The translations under genes and the position numbers were made by a program. DNA of 64,000 nt, taken from NCBI GenBank assembly GCA_965208675.1, contig OZ242351.1, positions 4,736,001 to 4,800,000 of the forward strand, read 5' to 3'. The notes under the pieces are model-generated. The model was not told where the DNA came from. It worked only from the letters and a program-made list of their open reading frames with translations, and did no database searches. Below, piece after piece: positions 27,595 to 38,044 of this stretch (within the stretch, counting starts at the first letter, position 1; every line of letters begins with the position of its first letter). The stretch is from Candidatus Poribacteria bacterium (GTDB lineage: Bacteria > Poribacteria > WGA-4E > PCPOR2b).

Positions 27595-29844
27595 CTACTT
27601 GACAATCACCATCCGGCGTGACGCGGTGTAATCTCCCGCACTGAGTTGATAGTAATAGGTGCCGCTTGTGACGGGTTCTCCGTTTTGGTTGCGGCCGTCC
27701 CAATATGCGGCGCTTGCTCTGTCTCGGTATCCTCCCGACTTTTTACGTCCAATGTCGAGGATACGGACGATATGACCGCCCTGGTCATAGATGCTCAAGG
27801 TCACGAGCGCATCGTTCGCCAACTGATACGGTATCCAAGTTTCGGGGTTGAACGGATTCGGATAATTCTGCAGTAGGGCTGTGCGTTTGATGCGTCCAAG
27901 TGTAGTAGTCCGTATTGTCAGCGGCTTTACGCCTAATTCGATTGAAAAGTCCACTTCCCACAGCACGACCGTACCGTCCCTACTCCCACTTGCAAGTTTG
28001 CGTCCATCGGGACTGAAACCTACGCTAGAAACTACCCAGGTATGCGCGACGGGCATTTGTAAGTGTTTTCCGGTTTTAATGTCCCACAGCCGAATGGCGT
28101 AATCCAAACTCCAGCCTCCACCCGCACTTGCGAGCGTGCGTCCATCGGCGCTGAAGGCGAGGCTATTGATTGATTCGATATGCCCGAGGAGTTTTCGCAT
28201 AAATACTCCTGTGTTGGTATGCCACAGACGGATGGTTCTGTCCGAACCTCCACTAGCGATGATGCTGCCATCGGGGCTAAACGCAACGCTATTGACGTGA
28301 TTAGTATGTCCGTTGAGGGTTCGCAGATGTTTTCCCGTATCGGCGTCCCACAATCGGATGGTATGGTCCCCACTCCCACTAGCGATGATGCTGCCATCTG
28401 GGCTGAACGCAACACTATTGACTTGTTTAATATGCCCGTTGAGAGTTCGCACGTGTTTTCCCGTGTCGGCGTCCCACAATCGGATGGTTTGGTCCCAACT
28501 CCCACTGACGATTGTGCTCCCGTCAGGACTAAACGCAACGCTGGTTACCGTTTTCGTATGCCCTTTGAGCATTCGCAGGTGCCTTCCCGTATCGGTGTGC
28601 CACAGACGGATGGAATTGTCGCCGTTTCCACTGGCAATGGTGCTGCCATCGGGACTGAAAGCAATGCTATTGACCGAGAACTGGTGTCCGTTGAGGGTTC
28701 GCAGATGTTTTCCCGTATCCGCGTCCGTCAAACGAATGGTATTGTAGTTACCACCGCTCGCCATGATGTCGCTGTCTGGACTGAACGCAACACTATAAAC
28801 CTGAGTCGTATAGCCGGTTATTGTTTGCAGGTGTTTTCCCGAATTGGCGACCCACAATCGGATGGAATTGTCCCAACTCCCACTAGCGATTGTGGCATCG
28901 TCGGGACTGAACGCGACGCTCTGTACGCCATCCAAATGCCCTTCAAGTGTATGCAGGTGATTTCCGGTATCGGCGTCCCACAGCCGGATGGAATTGTCCC
29001 GACTCCCGCTGGCGATAATGCCGCCATTATGACTGAACACAACACTTTTGACCAAAGACGTATGCCCTTTTAGTGTATGCAGGTGTTTTCCGGTATCGGC
29101 GTTCCACAGTCGAATGGTGTTGTCTCCGCTACCACTAGCGATGGTTTTGCCATTGGGGTTGAACGCTACACTTTCTATCCATTCCGTATGTCCCTTCAGG
29201 GTTCGCAGGTGTTTCCCCGTACCAGCCTCCCATATACGGACGTAATCGTGCCCGGTTGCACCAGCGATGGTGCTGCCATCGGGGCTGAACGCAACGCTTC
29301 CTGCACCAACGCTCCAGTTTTCACCCATATGCCCCTCAAGCCTTCGCAGGGGATTTCCTGTATCGGCGTCCCATATTCGGACGGTGCGGTCTCCACCGCT
29401 CGCGCTAGCGATGGTGTTGCCATCGGGGCTGAACGCAACGCTAAAGACCCAATCCCCATGCCCGGTGAGTGTTTGCATGTGATTTCCCGAATCGGCGTCC
29501 CACAGGCGGATGGTATAGTCTCGACTCGCGCTGGCAAGGATCTCACCATTCGGACTGAAGGCGAGGCTAGTGACAAAACCTGTATGACCGGTGAGCAGGG
29601 CGATTTCCTGATGAGTCGCCGTATCGTAAAGCCAAATACCAATACTGCTAGCCACCGCAAGTCGAGTGCCGTCGGGTGAATACTGTATTTCCCCTATGCT
29701 CCCCTTACCGATGCGCGTTTTTGCGCCCTCGGGCAGACCCCATTGCGGTGAATCTTGGGCAAAGCTGTGCGGTAGACATAGAGCGGAGACGAATAATAGG
29801 CTAAGCTTCAGCACCTTCGCTTTTTTCATCGGATAATCCTCCAT
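27595..29844 (-). CDS. Secreted WD40-repeat protein with C-terminal FlgD-Ig/T9SS-CTD-like domain
   Basis: Many GH...V.SVAFSPDG..IASGS.D.TIRLWD repeats; C-terminus LLQNYPNPFNPETWIPYQL...AAYWDGRN..GE.V.SG.YYY. Confidence 0.92.
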   Translation of the reverse strand: MEDYPMKKAKVLKLSLLFVSALCLPHSFAQDSPQWGLPEGAKTRIGKGSIGEIQYSPDGTRLAVASSIGIWLYDTATHQEIALLTGHTGFVTSLAFSPNGEILASASRDYTIRLWDADSGNHMQTLTGHGDWVFSVAFSPDGNTIASASGGDRTVRIWDADTGNPLRRLEGHMGENWSVGAGSVAFSPDGSTIAGATGHDYVRIWEAGTGKHLRTLKGHTEWIESVAFNPNGKTIASGSGDNTIRLWNADTGKHLHTLKGHTSLVKSVVFSHNGGIIASGSRDNSIRLWDADTGNHLHTLEGHLDGVQSVAFSPDDATIASGSWDNSIRLWVANSGKHLQTITGYTTQVYSVAFSPDSDIMASGGNYNTIRLTDADTGKHLRTLNGHQFSVNSIAFSPDGSTIASGNGDNSIRLWHTDTGRHLRMLKGHTKTVTSVAFSPDGSTIVSGSWDQTIRLWDADTGKHVRTLNGHIKQVNSVAFSPDGSIIASGSGDHTIRLWDADTGKHLRTLNGHTNHVNSVAFSPDGSIIASGGSDRTIRLWHTNTGVFMRKLLGHIESINSLAFSADGRTLASAGGGWSLDYAIRLWDIKTGKHLQMPVAHTWVVSSVGFSPDGRKLASGSRDGTVVLWEVDFSIELGVKPLTIRTTTLGRIKRTALLQNYPNPFNPETWIPYQLANDALVTLSIYDQGGHIVRILDIGRKKSGGYRDRASAAYWDGRNQNGEPVTSGTYYYQLSAGDYTASRRMVIVK

Positions 29845-30612
29845 ATTCGCGTTCGGCAGCTAATTTCCTAAACTTTAAATTTGGGGCACGACTTTGAGTT
29901 TAGTGATTGTTGGAAAATGAGAAAATTATGCGAACGTTTTTTGATTGCGCCATCTCATTCGGACAGCTAATTCTTAACCAAAGGATAAAGAGAAAATGTG
30001 TACATAAAACATCATTTTTGCGATTCGCCAAATCCTCAATGGCTGCAGTCATCAAGAACATCTTTGTGAATAAATTAGCAAATTCTGTGCCATTTGTGCA
30101 AAAAGAGAACTTTTCAGGCGGTTTAAGCGTAGGCCATTACTAGAGATGAAGAATCGGAATTGGCAATGTAGCGAAATGCTGACAGCACCGTGTCAATTAC
30201 GCTACACCGTTGTTCACATATTCACAAGAATTGCCGACTGCGAAATAAAACCGGCGAAGATTAAAATTGGCGCACTAGTAATGGAAACCAGTTGCCTTCA
30301 ACTGCGGGGAAATTGATTGAGCAACGGTTGAGTATTGAGCAGACTGAAACGGGCCAATTGAACGCTGTAGACGTGAACCCTTGTCCGAAATGAAGTGGAC
30401 ATAACGCAACCAAGACTATTTCAAAACCTGGCACTTGGTGCAATTCTCGCCGAATGAATACGAATTAAACTCTTCTAATCGAATCCGTGGGGATGAGACA
30501 CTCGAAGAAATAACGCGAGAATCATAATGAGGAAACCCGGTAGGTATAAGTTATAGAATTGTTCCTATGCATCGCTATGGGATTTTGTAAGCGCCTTACA
30601 ATTCCGCGTCGA

Positions 30613-31599
30613 TCAATGGGTATTTTTTATTGCCGCCCATAGCATCAATAATTGCTTCTTTGGAGAAACCGCCAATGGATTCGGCGGCCATGCAGGGCTA
30701 TTATCGACCGCCGGGTGTTGGGTGAGATTGGTGGGATTACCGCCGTCATCGTCCATAACATAAATCTCCCAGTTCCCATCACGCACTGACGCAAATGCAA
30801 TTTTACGCCCGTCCGGAGACCAGCAGGGTGCACTATCTTTTGCAGGGTCTCTAGTGAGCCGGTCAGGATTTTTTCCGTCAGCGTCCATGACATAAATCTC
30901 CCCGTTTCCATCGCGCTTTGACGAAAATGCAATTTTACGCCCGTTTGGCGACCAGCTAGGACTGACATCCCAGCCGCGGGATTCCGTAAGTTGAACCACG
31001 GGCGGATGTTTGCCACTTGCGTCCATAGTAAATATCTCAAGATCTCTGAATCCAGCGCGCCATGACGTGAAGGCGATTTTCCGTCCATCCGGAGACCAGC
31101 TAGGATCGCGGTCGAACCCACGGTTTAGCGGAAACCGGAAGCGGTTCTTTCCGTCAGGGTGCATAACGTATAATTCTAAACCTCCAAGCCCCCCAACCCC
31201 ATACTCAAAGGCGATTTTCCGCCCGTCCGGAGACCAACTGGGATCGACGTCCAAAAACCGGTTAAACGTAAGCCGAACAGGATTGTTGCCGTCAGCATTC
31301 ATTACGTAGATTTCAGGATTGTTCCCGTCGCGTTCCGCCTGAAATGCGATTCTCGTCCTATCTGGAGACCAAGCAGGGGCCTGATCGTGTGACAATGGAT
31401 TATTCGAAAGATTGCGTACCTGTGACCCATTCGGTTTCATTACAAAGATGTCACGATTTCCACCGGGGTTGTCACGGTCTGATGAAAAGGCAATCATTGA
31501 GTCTAGGGATTGGGCTTGATTGACCGACATGAGGACAAAGCCCATTACCACAATTAGGCTGCGCAAAAACACGATTCGGTTCAATTGCACCGTTTTCAT
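30613..31599 (-). CDS. TolB-like PD40 beta-propeller protein
   Basis: Repeated PSWSPDGRKIAF; signal-like N-terminus; AGGAGG RBS. Confidence 0.9.
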   Translation of the reverse strand: MKTVQLNRIVFLRSLIVVMGFVLMSVNQAQSLDSMIAFSSDRDNPGGNRDIFVMKPNGSQVRNLSNNPLSHDQAPAWSPDRTRIAFQAERDGNNPEIYVMNADGNNPVRLTFNRFLDVDPSWSPDGRKIAFEYGVGGLGGLELYVMHPDGKNRFRFPLNRGFDRDPSWSPDGRKIAFTSWRAGFRDLEIFTMDASGKHPPVVQLTESRGWDVSPSWSPNGRKIAFSSKRDGNGEIYVMDADGKNPDRLTRDPAKDSAPCWSPDGRKIAFASVRDGNWEIYVMDDDGGNPTNLTQHPAVDNSPAWPPNPLAVSPKKQLLMLWAAIKNTH

Positions 31600-31947
31600 T
31601 GACAGATTCCTCCTTTATCATGAAAAGCAAAATGCCGCCGGTTGTTTTTTCACCCGATAGTTTGCTGGAATTCTGGTTTTGCGTATGGTGCGAAAAGGGT
31701 TGCTGAATAACTTCGGATTAGATATACTATAGCACTCAAGCGAACTTAGGTCAACGTCCGACCGCTCGGCGGAAAATATGTGCAAGTCAGTTCGATACGC
31801 ATGTAAAACCCGTGCCGGAACGATTAATGCAACAATTCCCCAAGGGCATATCGGTAAACGCAAGGCATACCACAAGCGGCTTTCAGGACGGTCGTACGAA
31901 CATTCCTAATTCTTTATCACGTCAATGGAACACGGAGAAGAACAGAG

Positions 31948-32589
31948 ATGGGAGGCGCAATACAGGTTCTCGCAGGCAGCCTTTTGTTAAGCGTTGTTCA
32001 CGCTTTAATTCCCAATCATTGGATTCCTTTGGTTGCAATCGGGAAGACTGAACAGTGGTCACGCCGCGAAACACTGGGCATTACGGCAATTACCGGAATT
32101 GCCCATTCGTTGAGCACAATTCTTATCGGGATTGTTGTCGGATTTATCGGTTTCAAAATCTCCGAATCCTATGAGCTGTTTGCCCACATTGTGGCGCCGT
32201 TGATTTTGTTTATTTTGGGTGTGATTTATTTAGTGTTGGATTCAAAAGCCAACCACGCGCACCACCACGTGAACAACGAAAACATTTCGCGGAAATCGAA
32301 GTTCGCGATTGTTACCTCGTTAGCCGCTGCGATGTTCTTTTCTCCGTGTATCGAGATTGAGGTTTACTATTTTTCGGCAAGTGCCTTGGGCTGGTTTGGT
32401 ATTAGCGCGGTTTCAATTATCTACTTGGTCGTGACTGTGCTTGGCATGTTACTGTTGGTCGATTTGGGTCGGAGGGGCGTTGAACGGTTCCATTCTCATT
32501 TCTTAGAACACCATGAGCGGGGAATTACCGGCGCGCTTCTGGTTATTTTGGGAATTTTTGCTTTTGTCTTTGAACACTTTTCCCACTAA
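31948..32589 (+). CDS. Putative nickel/cobalt transporter (NiCoT/UreH-like)
   Basis: About 6 TMs, HALIPNHW motif, His-rich loop HAHHH, SPC motif, His-rich C-terminal region. Confidence 0.65.
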   Translation: MGGAIQVLAGSLLLSVVHALIPNHWIPLVAIGKTEQWSRRETLGITAITGIAHSLSTILIGIVVGFIGFKISESYELFAHIVAPLILFILGVIYLVLDSKANHAHHHVNNENISRKSKFAIVTSLAAAMFFSPCIEIEVYYFSASALGWFGISAVSIIYLVVTVLGMLLLVDLGRRGVERFHSHFLEHHERGITGALLVILGIFAFVFEHFSH

Positions 32590-32692
32590 TGTTGTTGCTC
32601 CTAAGAGCATTTTTGAGTAATAGGAGGCAAAGCCATTCTTGGGAGTTTGAGGCGCTAAATCTTAAAGAAATTCTATCGCATGAGATTTACGC

Positions 32693-32718
32693 TCGCCGTC
32701 GCTATTCGCTCAGTTGAT
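32693..32718 (+). repeat. Dispersed ~35-bp repeat, partial copy 4
   Basis: TCGCCGTCGCTATTCGCTCAGTTGAT, between convergent genes. Confidence 0.75.
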
Positions 32719-32846
32719 TCTATTCAGTCGCTTGATTCTCCGCCTACAAGGCGTGGTGTCGCACTCCTAAATAATATTACGGGGGCTATAGAAGACGGGA
32801 GAAAAATGAAGCACTGTGCAAAAGAATTTCTACGTTGTGCTTGCAA

Positions 32847-34037
32847 TTACACGCCCCAACAAGCATCCCAACTTGCGATAAATTCTTCTATTCCAAAATC
32901 AGACGGCATTTCGTAGAAATGATAGCGCATCGGACCGGACTGAAAACCGGGGAGGTACTGCTCAGTATCCGACTGGAGTTTTGCGTCTAATGGCGCGAAC
33001 CGATTCCAGAGCGTTTCAATCTGCTCCGGCGAAAAGCGGTTGCCTATCTCTTGAGACCTCGTAATATCCCCACCGTATCCTGGCGGCTTAAATCGAATCT
33101 TATACGCAAATTTGGATAACAGGGTGACACACACCATCCGTCCACTCTCGCCCGGATGGAGTGCGGCAATTCCCTCACGAAATGTGTCAGCATCTTTGTC
33201 AATCATTGCGTGAAACACCGACACGATACGATCGCACTCTTCGTCGAGTAGGTTGCAATATCCCTCGAAGATTTCTAGTCCCCGGGGCGAAAGATACTCG
33301 CCAAAATCTAATCTCCAATACGGGTGAGCGACATACGGAAAGATTGGACCTCCGAACGCGCGGTAGCCGAGATGAATTGTTCGCCTGAGTTTGGGACTGT
33401 AGTTGCTGCCCCAATGAAAGATTGTATTGGTATAGGCAACGGCGTCCCCGGCTTTGAGTTCCACTGGAATGCCGTTCGGAAGCGGAACGCGGCTGTTCTC
33501 AATCAACTGGCGGTTCTCCTCGTCCGTATTGGATCGGCGGTGGCTTCCCGGTACAACCCACAGCACGTCGTCATCATATAGCGGGATATTCCATTGCACA
33601 TAGCCCGGGGCATTTTCTAGCATGTCAGACTGTAAACCGCCCAAAGGGGCTTGATCGATGGGGTGAATGTCTCGATGCCAGTGCGACGGCCCATGGTCTC
33701 GCACGGGATTGCACATGAGCGCCATTAACGTCACGGTTGCTTCCTTCGACCGCATTAGTTGGCAGCTAACACCTCGTGTATTTTCGTGCAAGCAAAACTC
33801 AATTGTGTCAGCGGTTGCTTTGTCTGCTACGTTGGAAAACATTACCCGCGGCTGTGGACTGGTCTCCCATTCACCGCTGGGCGGCGCATCGGGTTTGCGG
33901 TTTTGCGCCCAGTTTGCCTTTTGCCGTTCAACCGTGAGTTCAAAACTGTCGCGCAGCTGATTTAACCGTTCAGGGGGAATGACATTGCGTAGAATGATGA
34001 AGCCATCATCAAGGATTTGTTGGGGATTAACCTTCAT
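32847..34037 (-). CDS. Phytanoyl-CoA dioxygenase (PhyH) family Fe/2OG oxygenase
   Basis: DGFIILRNVI, WHRD, VVPGSH, LKAGDAV...HWG. Start set at ATG 34037 behind AAGGAG. Confidence 0.85.
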   Translation of the reverse strand: MKVNPQQILDDGFIILRNVIPPERLNQLRDSFELTVERQKANWAQNRKPDAPPSGEWETSPQPRVMFSNVADKATADTIEFCLHENTRGVSCQLMRSKEATVTLMALMCNPVRDHGPSHWHRDIHPIDQAPLGGLQSDMLENAPGYVQWNIPLYDDDVLWVVPGSHRRSNTDEENRQLIENSRVPLPNGIPVELKAGDAVAYTNTIFHWGSNYSPKLRRTIHLGYRAFGGPIFPYVAHPYWRLDFGEYLSPRGLEIFEGYCNLLDEECDRIVSVFHAMIDKDADTFREGIAALHPGESGRMVCVTLLSKFAYKIRFKPPGYGGDITRSQEIGNRFSPEQIETLWNRFAPLDAKLQSDTEQYLPGFQSGPMRYHFYEMPSDFGIEEFIASWDACWGV

Positions 34038-34091
34038 TGTTGTTATCTCCTTGGGCAAACTATCGCTCGCAGGCTGTCCCGGAATCGCAAT

Positions 34092-34784
34092 TTATCGCGT
34101 GGTGGATTTCGCCTGTTCCAGCGTCTGATGGCTGAGAATTCGCTGCCGGTCCACAGGCCGCAAATGAGGTTCCACTTGCCGCACAAAATCCTGTAGCGTC
34201 TCCGAGGCTGAGGTGCTAGTTGTATCTATAGTGATTTTTGCATCGATTATTGAGTTTGTATAGACTTCTTGAAAGCGGTCTAACACGGTTTCGATATCCT
34301 GCGAATTCTTGAGGGGGCACCGGGGATGCGGTTGCTGACGCATGCGATTACGTATAACATCCGGTGACGCTTTCACGAGTACCAATACCATATCCGGCGC
34401 CAAAACTTTTAGATCGCTTTCGATGAACCGCGCTAGGTATTGGCGGTCGTGTCCGCCGAGATTCGGATAATACAGCGGTACATATACAGCGTCGCCGTAG
34501 TACCAGTTTACAATCAGGAAATCATCGCGATGGTAGAGCACAGGCTGCAGATGATAAACGAATTGGAATCGCTGAAACTGTTCGACAAACGACGGGACTT
34601 TCTCAAGGAGTTCCATAACGGTCTCTTCGATTTCGTCCGTAGCTTCTCCTTGACCCACATTTGGGAGCGTGCAGTGGTCGTGGCAGCCGGTATAGCTTCC
34701 CATGGTTTGCGCAATCCAATCGGTGATTCCGTTAACTAGCGTCGTTTTGCCAGCATACTCGCAGCCGATTATAAAGATTCGCAT
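34092..34784 (-). CDS. P-loop kinase-like protein (NMP/deoxynucleoside kinase fold)
   Basis: N-terminal Walker A-like GCEYAGKTT; LVLVKASPDVIRNRM; GGAGG RBS. Confidence 0.7.
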   Translation of the reverse strand: MRIFIIGCEYAGKTTLVNGITDWIAQTMGSYTGCHDHCTLPNVGQGEATDEIEETVMELLEKVPSFVEQFQRFQFVYHLQPVLYHRDDFLIVNWYYGDAVYVPLYYPNLGGHDRQYLARFIESDLKVLAPDMVLVLVKASPDVIRNRMRQQPHPRCPLKNSQDIETVLDRFQEVYTNSIIDAKITIDTTSTSASETLQDFVRQVEPHLRPVDRQRILSHQTLEQAKSTTR

Positions 34785-35012
34785 CTATGTCCTCCCGAGT
34801 GAATACCAAGTTACGGCAGTGCATCCCACCGTCGTGCTGCCAAGTGCAAAAGTCCCCAAGCACTGGAAACTTGCGAGCGTGAGTGTGTTGCATCGCCGCT
34901 CAATGATGCCGTAGGAAGAGTTGTAAAACTACACGGTATAAATTCCGTCAATTATATCACACACCACAGACTAGGTAAACAGGATTACCGTTTCACGAGC
35001 ATGGTTAAGGTG

Positions 35013-37511
35013 CTATTCCTTTGAATCTAAACGCGAAACTATCACTGCTCCGGCAATATAAGTGCCAATTGCCGCCAGGATTACAGCACTAAACCCAAAT
35101 GAAATTGCAAGGCAGGTTGCCAGAATTGCGCTCACCACTGAGGCATAACCGTTTATTGCCCATGCCCACGCGATTAGGTGTGGATTGCGCCTTCTCAGCA
35201 GGTCTATCCCGAGCGGAAACGGCATTCCCATAAAAAACGCCAGCGGCGCAATGAGTGAAATTGAGATTATTATTTTTATCGGGTCCGGGCTTGCGAGGAA
35301 ACGATGGAAGATTGGGTTAAACAAGAGGAGATAGAGCAGCGCAATTGCCGATAACGCGCCAATTGCAACGGGAATGGGATACCGCAGCGGAAGTTTTACT
35401 TTGAAGTTTAGGATTGTGTCTCTGAATCGCATCGAGAAAAAACTGCCTAACCCTGCAAAAACAAGAAATGCACTGAGCACAACCGCGACGGCATAAGTCG
35501 GGTGGGAGAGCAGGAGAAGGAATTTCTGGATGAATGCCATCTCAATAAACATGAAGGCGGTGCCCAAGCTGAAGAAATAACCGAGTATACTCCAATACTC
35601 AATTCTACGCGGTTGCCCATTTGTTGGTGTTCGAGAAGTTGGATCCCTACCCTGATGTGTAGCACCCGCGGATGGGCGCTTCGAAAAGATGAGCGGCGCG
35701 AAGATTAGGATGAATCCTACCAAAACGGCTTGCAGCAGGGTTGCAATCAGAAGTAGATAACCCCACTCAATGAACGGGATGGAACTCCTGCCGGCTGTGC
35801 GAATCATTTGAAATAGCGAATCTAACCGAAGAAAACGAAAAAAATATGGGCGATCGTCGGTCGCGGGACGTATGTTAAATGGATACTGTTTGTAGAAACT
35901 CTTTCGATTCTCGAACAGAATCGACTGTGCTACGCGGAAATAGATTGGTTCGGTCAGTTGGTTATACCGGTTTGCCTCTGATTCACCCATGTCGGGATAG
36001 TAGGCGGTGTCGAAAGAACGCTCGCCGCAAAAGTTGCGAATAATCGCCCGTTCATGCGGTTGGAAACGACTATTTTTAATCAGGAGCGTTCCTGTGCGCC
36101 AGCCACGAATCATGACTAATTTTTCAGCGGGATTTTGCTCACCACTCCGCTCGAAAGCCTCGACCGCTGTACCAAACAGCTTAATCATATCTCGCGGCGG
36201 CGTTTTCAACCAGCGCGTAATTGACACGATACCGTTGGGATTCAGATGCTGCAAGAGTTCCGTAATTGCCTCTACGGTGTAAAGATAGCTTTCACTCAGG
36301 GCGTGTGTGCCTGCAGCGGACGCATTCACAGAATCCAGCAGTGCGATTTGGATGAGGTCGTATTTCCCCGCCATCGATCTCACAAATCCCCGCGCTTCAG
36401 CGTTGTAAACTCGAACCGGATAAGCCGAATTCGATGCGTAAATATTCCCTGCGAAATCCCCGTGCACTTTCTCCACCAAACTGACGACTTGGGGATTCAA
36501 TTCAACAGCGTCAACGGCACCTGCGCTGTGGTACAAGGCGTTGAGAACGTCGCTCCCGCCGCCTGCACCTAACACTAGTACCCGCGGCCTTTTGAGCAGG
36601 TGGTACGCCAATGCCGAAGTTGTGTCGTCCAGATAAGCCAGTTTCGATAGGTCCCCGTCGAAATTGGTGATTGCTGTCATGGCGTCTGCGTCTGTGAATA
36701 CACCCAATTGCCGCGGTATCGGGTGTTGTGATGTCAAGCTTAAGCCTGGCGCCAATCGAATCGACTCGCTCCGAACAACGTGTAATGCGCCAAGTGGACT
36801 GTTAGCCTCGCTCAGAATTTCTGCATCAGGAAAGTTCCGTGCAGCATTCAGACCTTTGTACGGCGAAACTTTTATTGAGATAGGCTTGAGAAACAGAAAG
36901 CCGATAAATAAAACGCCGCCGACTGTAATTAGACCTATCCCGCGCCAATGGGTTTTTAGTGCACCCAAATTAGAGATTAAGACTCCAAATATCCCAATTG
37001 CTGAAATTACGATGAGAATGGCAGCGGGGGGAACCACGTACATGCAAAAAACAATCCCGAACGCACCGATTCCCGACCCGATGAGATCGAAAAAATAGAG
37101 CCGATCAACGCGGCGGTTGAATTGCAGCAGCGCCGTGCCAATACACGCTGCTCCGAAAAAAAATGGGACGGATAGTATGAGGTATTGCGCGAGAAGGGAC
37201 AGCATTTGGCCCGGCTGCCAGATTAGCATAAACGGATTAAATGGCACATTCTGGTTCAAGGCAAAACAAACGGGGACGCTGATTGAGAATATTATCCCGG
37301 AAATACTGTAGGACCATTGAAAACGCTTCATCAGCCAATCCTGAGCGAGGAAAATCACGCTCCCGCTTGCACCAAATCCGAGCAACGCAAGGCTGATAAT
37401 CATGTAAGCGAAATGACCCCACTGGCCGATAGAGAAAAGGCGCATCAGGGTAATTTCGTACGCGATAATAGAACCGGATATCAGTGAAATTGAAATGAAG
37501 TAACGAGTCAT
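35013..37511 (-). CDS. Membrane-fused spermidine synthase-like SAM-dependent transferase
   Basis: N- and C-terminal TM bundles; VLVLGAGGGSD, VELNP, EARGF, YDLI, LYTVEA, PATDDRPYF, GMPFP.G, WAWAING. Confidence 0.85.
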   Translation of the reverse strand: MTRYFISISLISGSIIAYEITLMRLFSIGQWGHFAYMIISLALLGFGASGSVIFLAQDWLMKRFQWSYSISGIIFSISVPVCFALNQNVPFNPFMLIWQPGQMLSLLAQYLILSVPFFFGAACIGTALLQFNRRVDRLYFFDLIGSGIGAFGIVFCMYVVPPAAILIVISAIGIFGVLISNLGALKTHWRGIGLITVGGVLFIGFLFLKPISIKVSPYKGLNAARNFPDAEILSEANSPLGALHVVRSESIRLAPGLSLTSQHPIPRQLGVFTDADAMTAITNFDGDLSKLAYLDDTTSALAYHLLKRPRVLVLGAGGGSDVLNALYHSAGAVDAVELNPQVVSLVEKVHGDFAGNIYASNSAYPVRVYNAEARGFVRSMAGKYDLIQIALLDSVNASAAGTHALSESYLYTVEAITELLQHLNPNGIVSITRWLKTPPRDMIKLFGTAVEAFERSGEQNPAEKLVMIRGWRTGTLLIKNSRFQPHERAIIRNFCGERSFDTAYYPDMGESEANRYNQLTEPIYFRVAQSILFENRKSFYKQYPFNIRPATDDRPYFFRFLRLDSLFQMIRTAGRSSIPFIEWGYLLLIATLLQAVLVGFILIFAPLIFSKRPSAGATHQGRDPTSRTPTNGQPRRIEYWSILGYFFSLGTAFMFIEMAFIQKFLLLLSHPTYAVAVVLSAFLVFAGLGSFFSMRFRDTILNFKVKLPLRYPIPVAIGALSAIALLYLLLFNPIFHRFLASPDPIKIIISISLIAPLAFFMGMPFPLGIDLLRRRNPHLIAWAWAINGYASVVSAILATCLAISFGFSAVILAAIGTYIAGAVIVSRLDSKE

Positions 37512-38044
37512 TGGGGTAGATGCTTATTTGCCGCGCAGTTAGTTTGGTTGCCAGATTGGGTCGAGGTAAACCTATCACCCAGTATTGCGATTTTCATCAA
37601 TGCAGTGCCAGATTAGGTATTAACGATTTGGATTGTAGGCGTTTCTGAGTCTCGCGACGCTCGTAACTGCAAAGTGCCGCGTATTGTGGGCGATACATTA
37701 CACCTGTGACTTTAATGGTATAGTCTTGGTTTAGCCGCTCAAACTGCACTGGTCACAGGCTTCTTCTTTTGCGAACAATCGCGACGAAGATTACTTTTTC
37801 TCAAAGTCTAGTAGAATTTCCGCTAACCGTCAACGACAATTCGTTGTTCTTTCGACACGGCATGCATCTCGGAATGGGCCGAAGTTACTTCCTCGTGACA
37901 ATACGACAGATATTTTGCTTTTTTCTCGCTGTTGTGCTATAATTTCAAACCATCTTGAGGTCAGAAATCGCTATGATGTTTATTGGCCTCCTTAGTCCCT
38001 CTCAGCTAAACGCCACAGAAATTCACACGTGAGGTAATCAAGCG

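Noticed and set aside
28032-29679. Long alternative-frame and antisense ORFs with repeated motifs
   Set aside because: By-products of the nucleotide periodicity of the WD40 gene.
31600-31947. Cobalamin or NiCo riboswitch upstream of the metal transporter
   Set aside because: No B12-box or other recognisable conserved riboswitch motif by eye; an Rfam scan would settle it.
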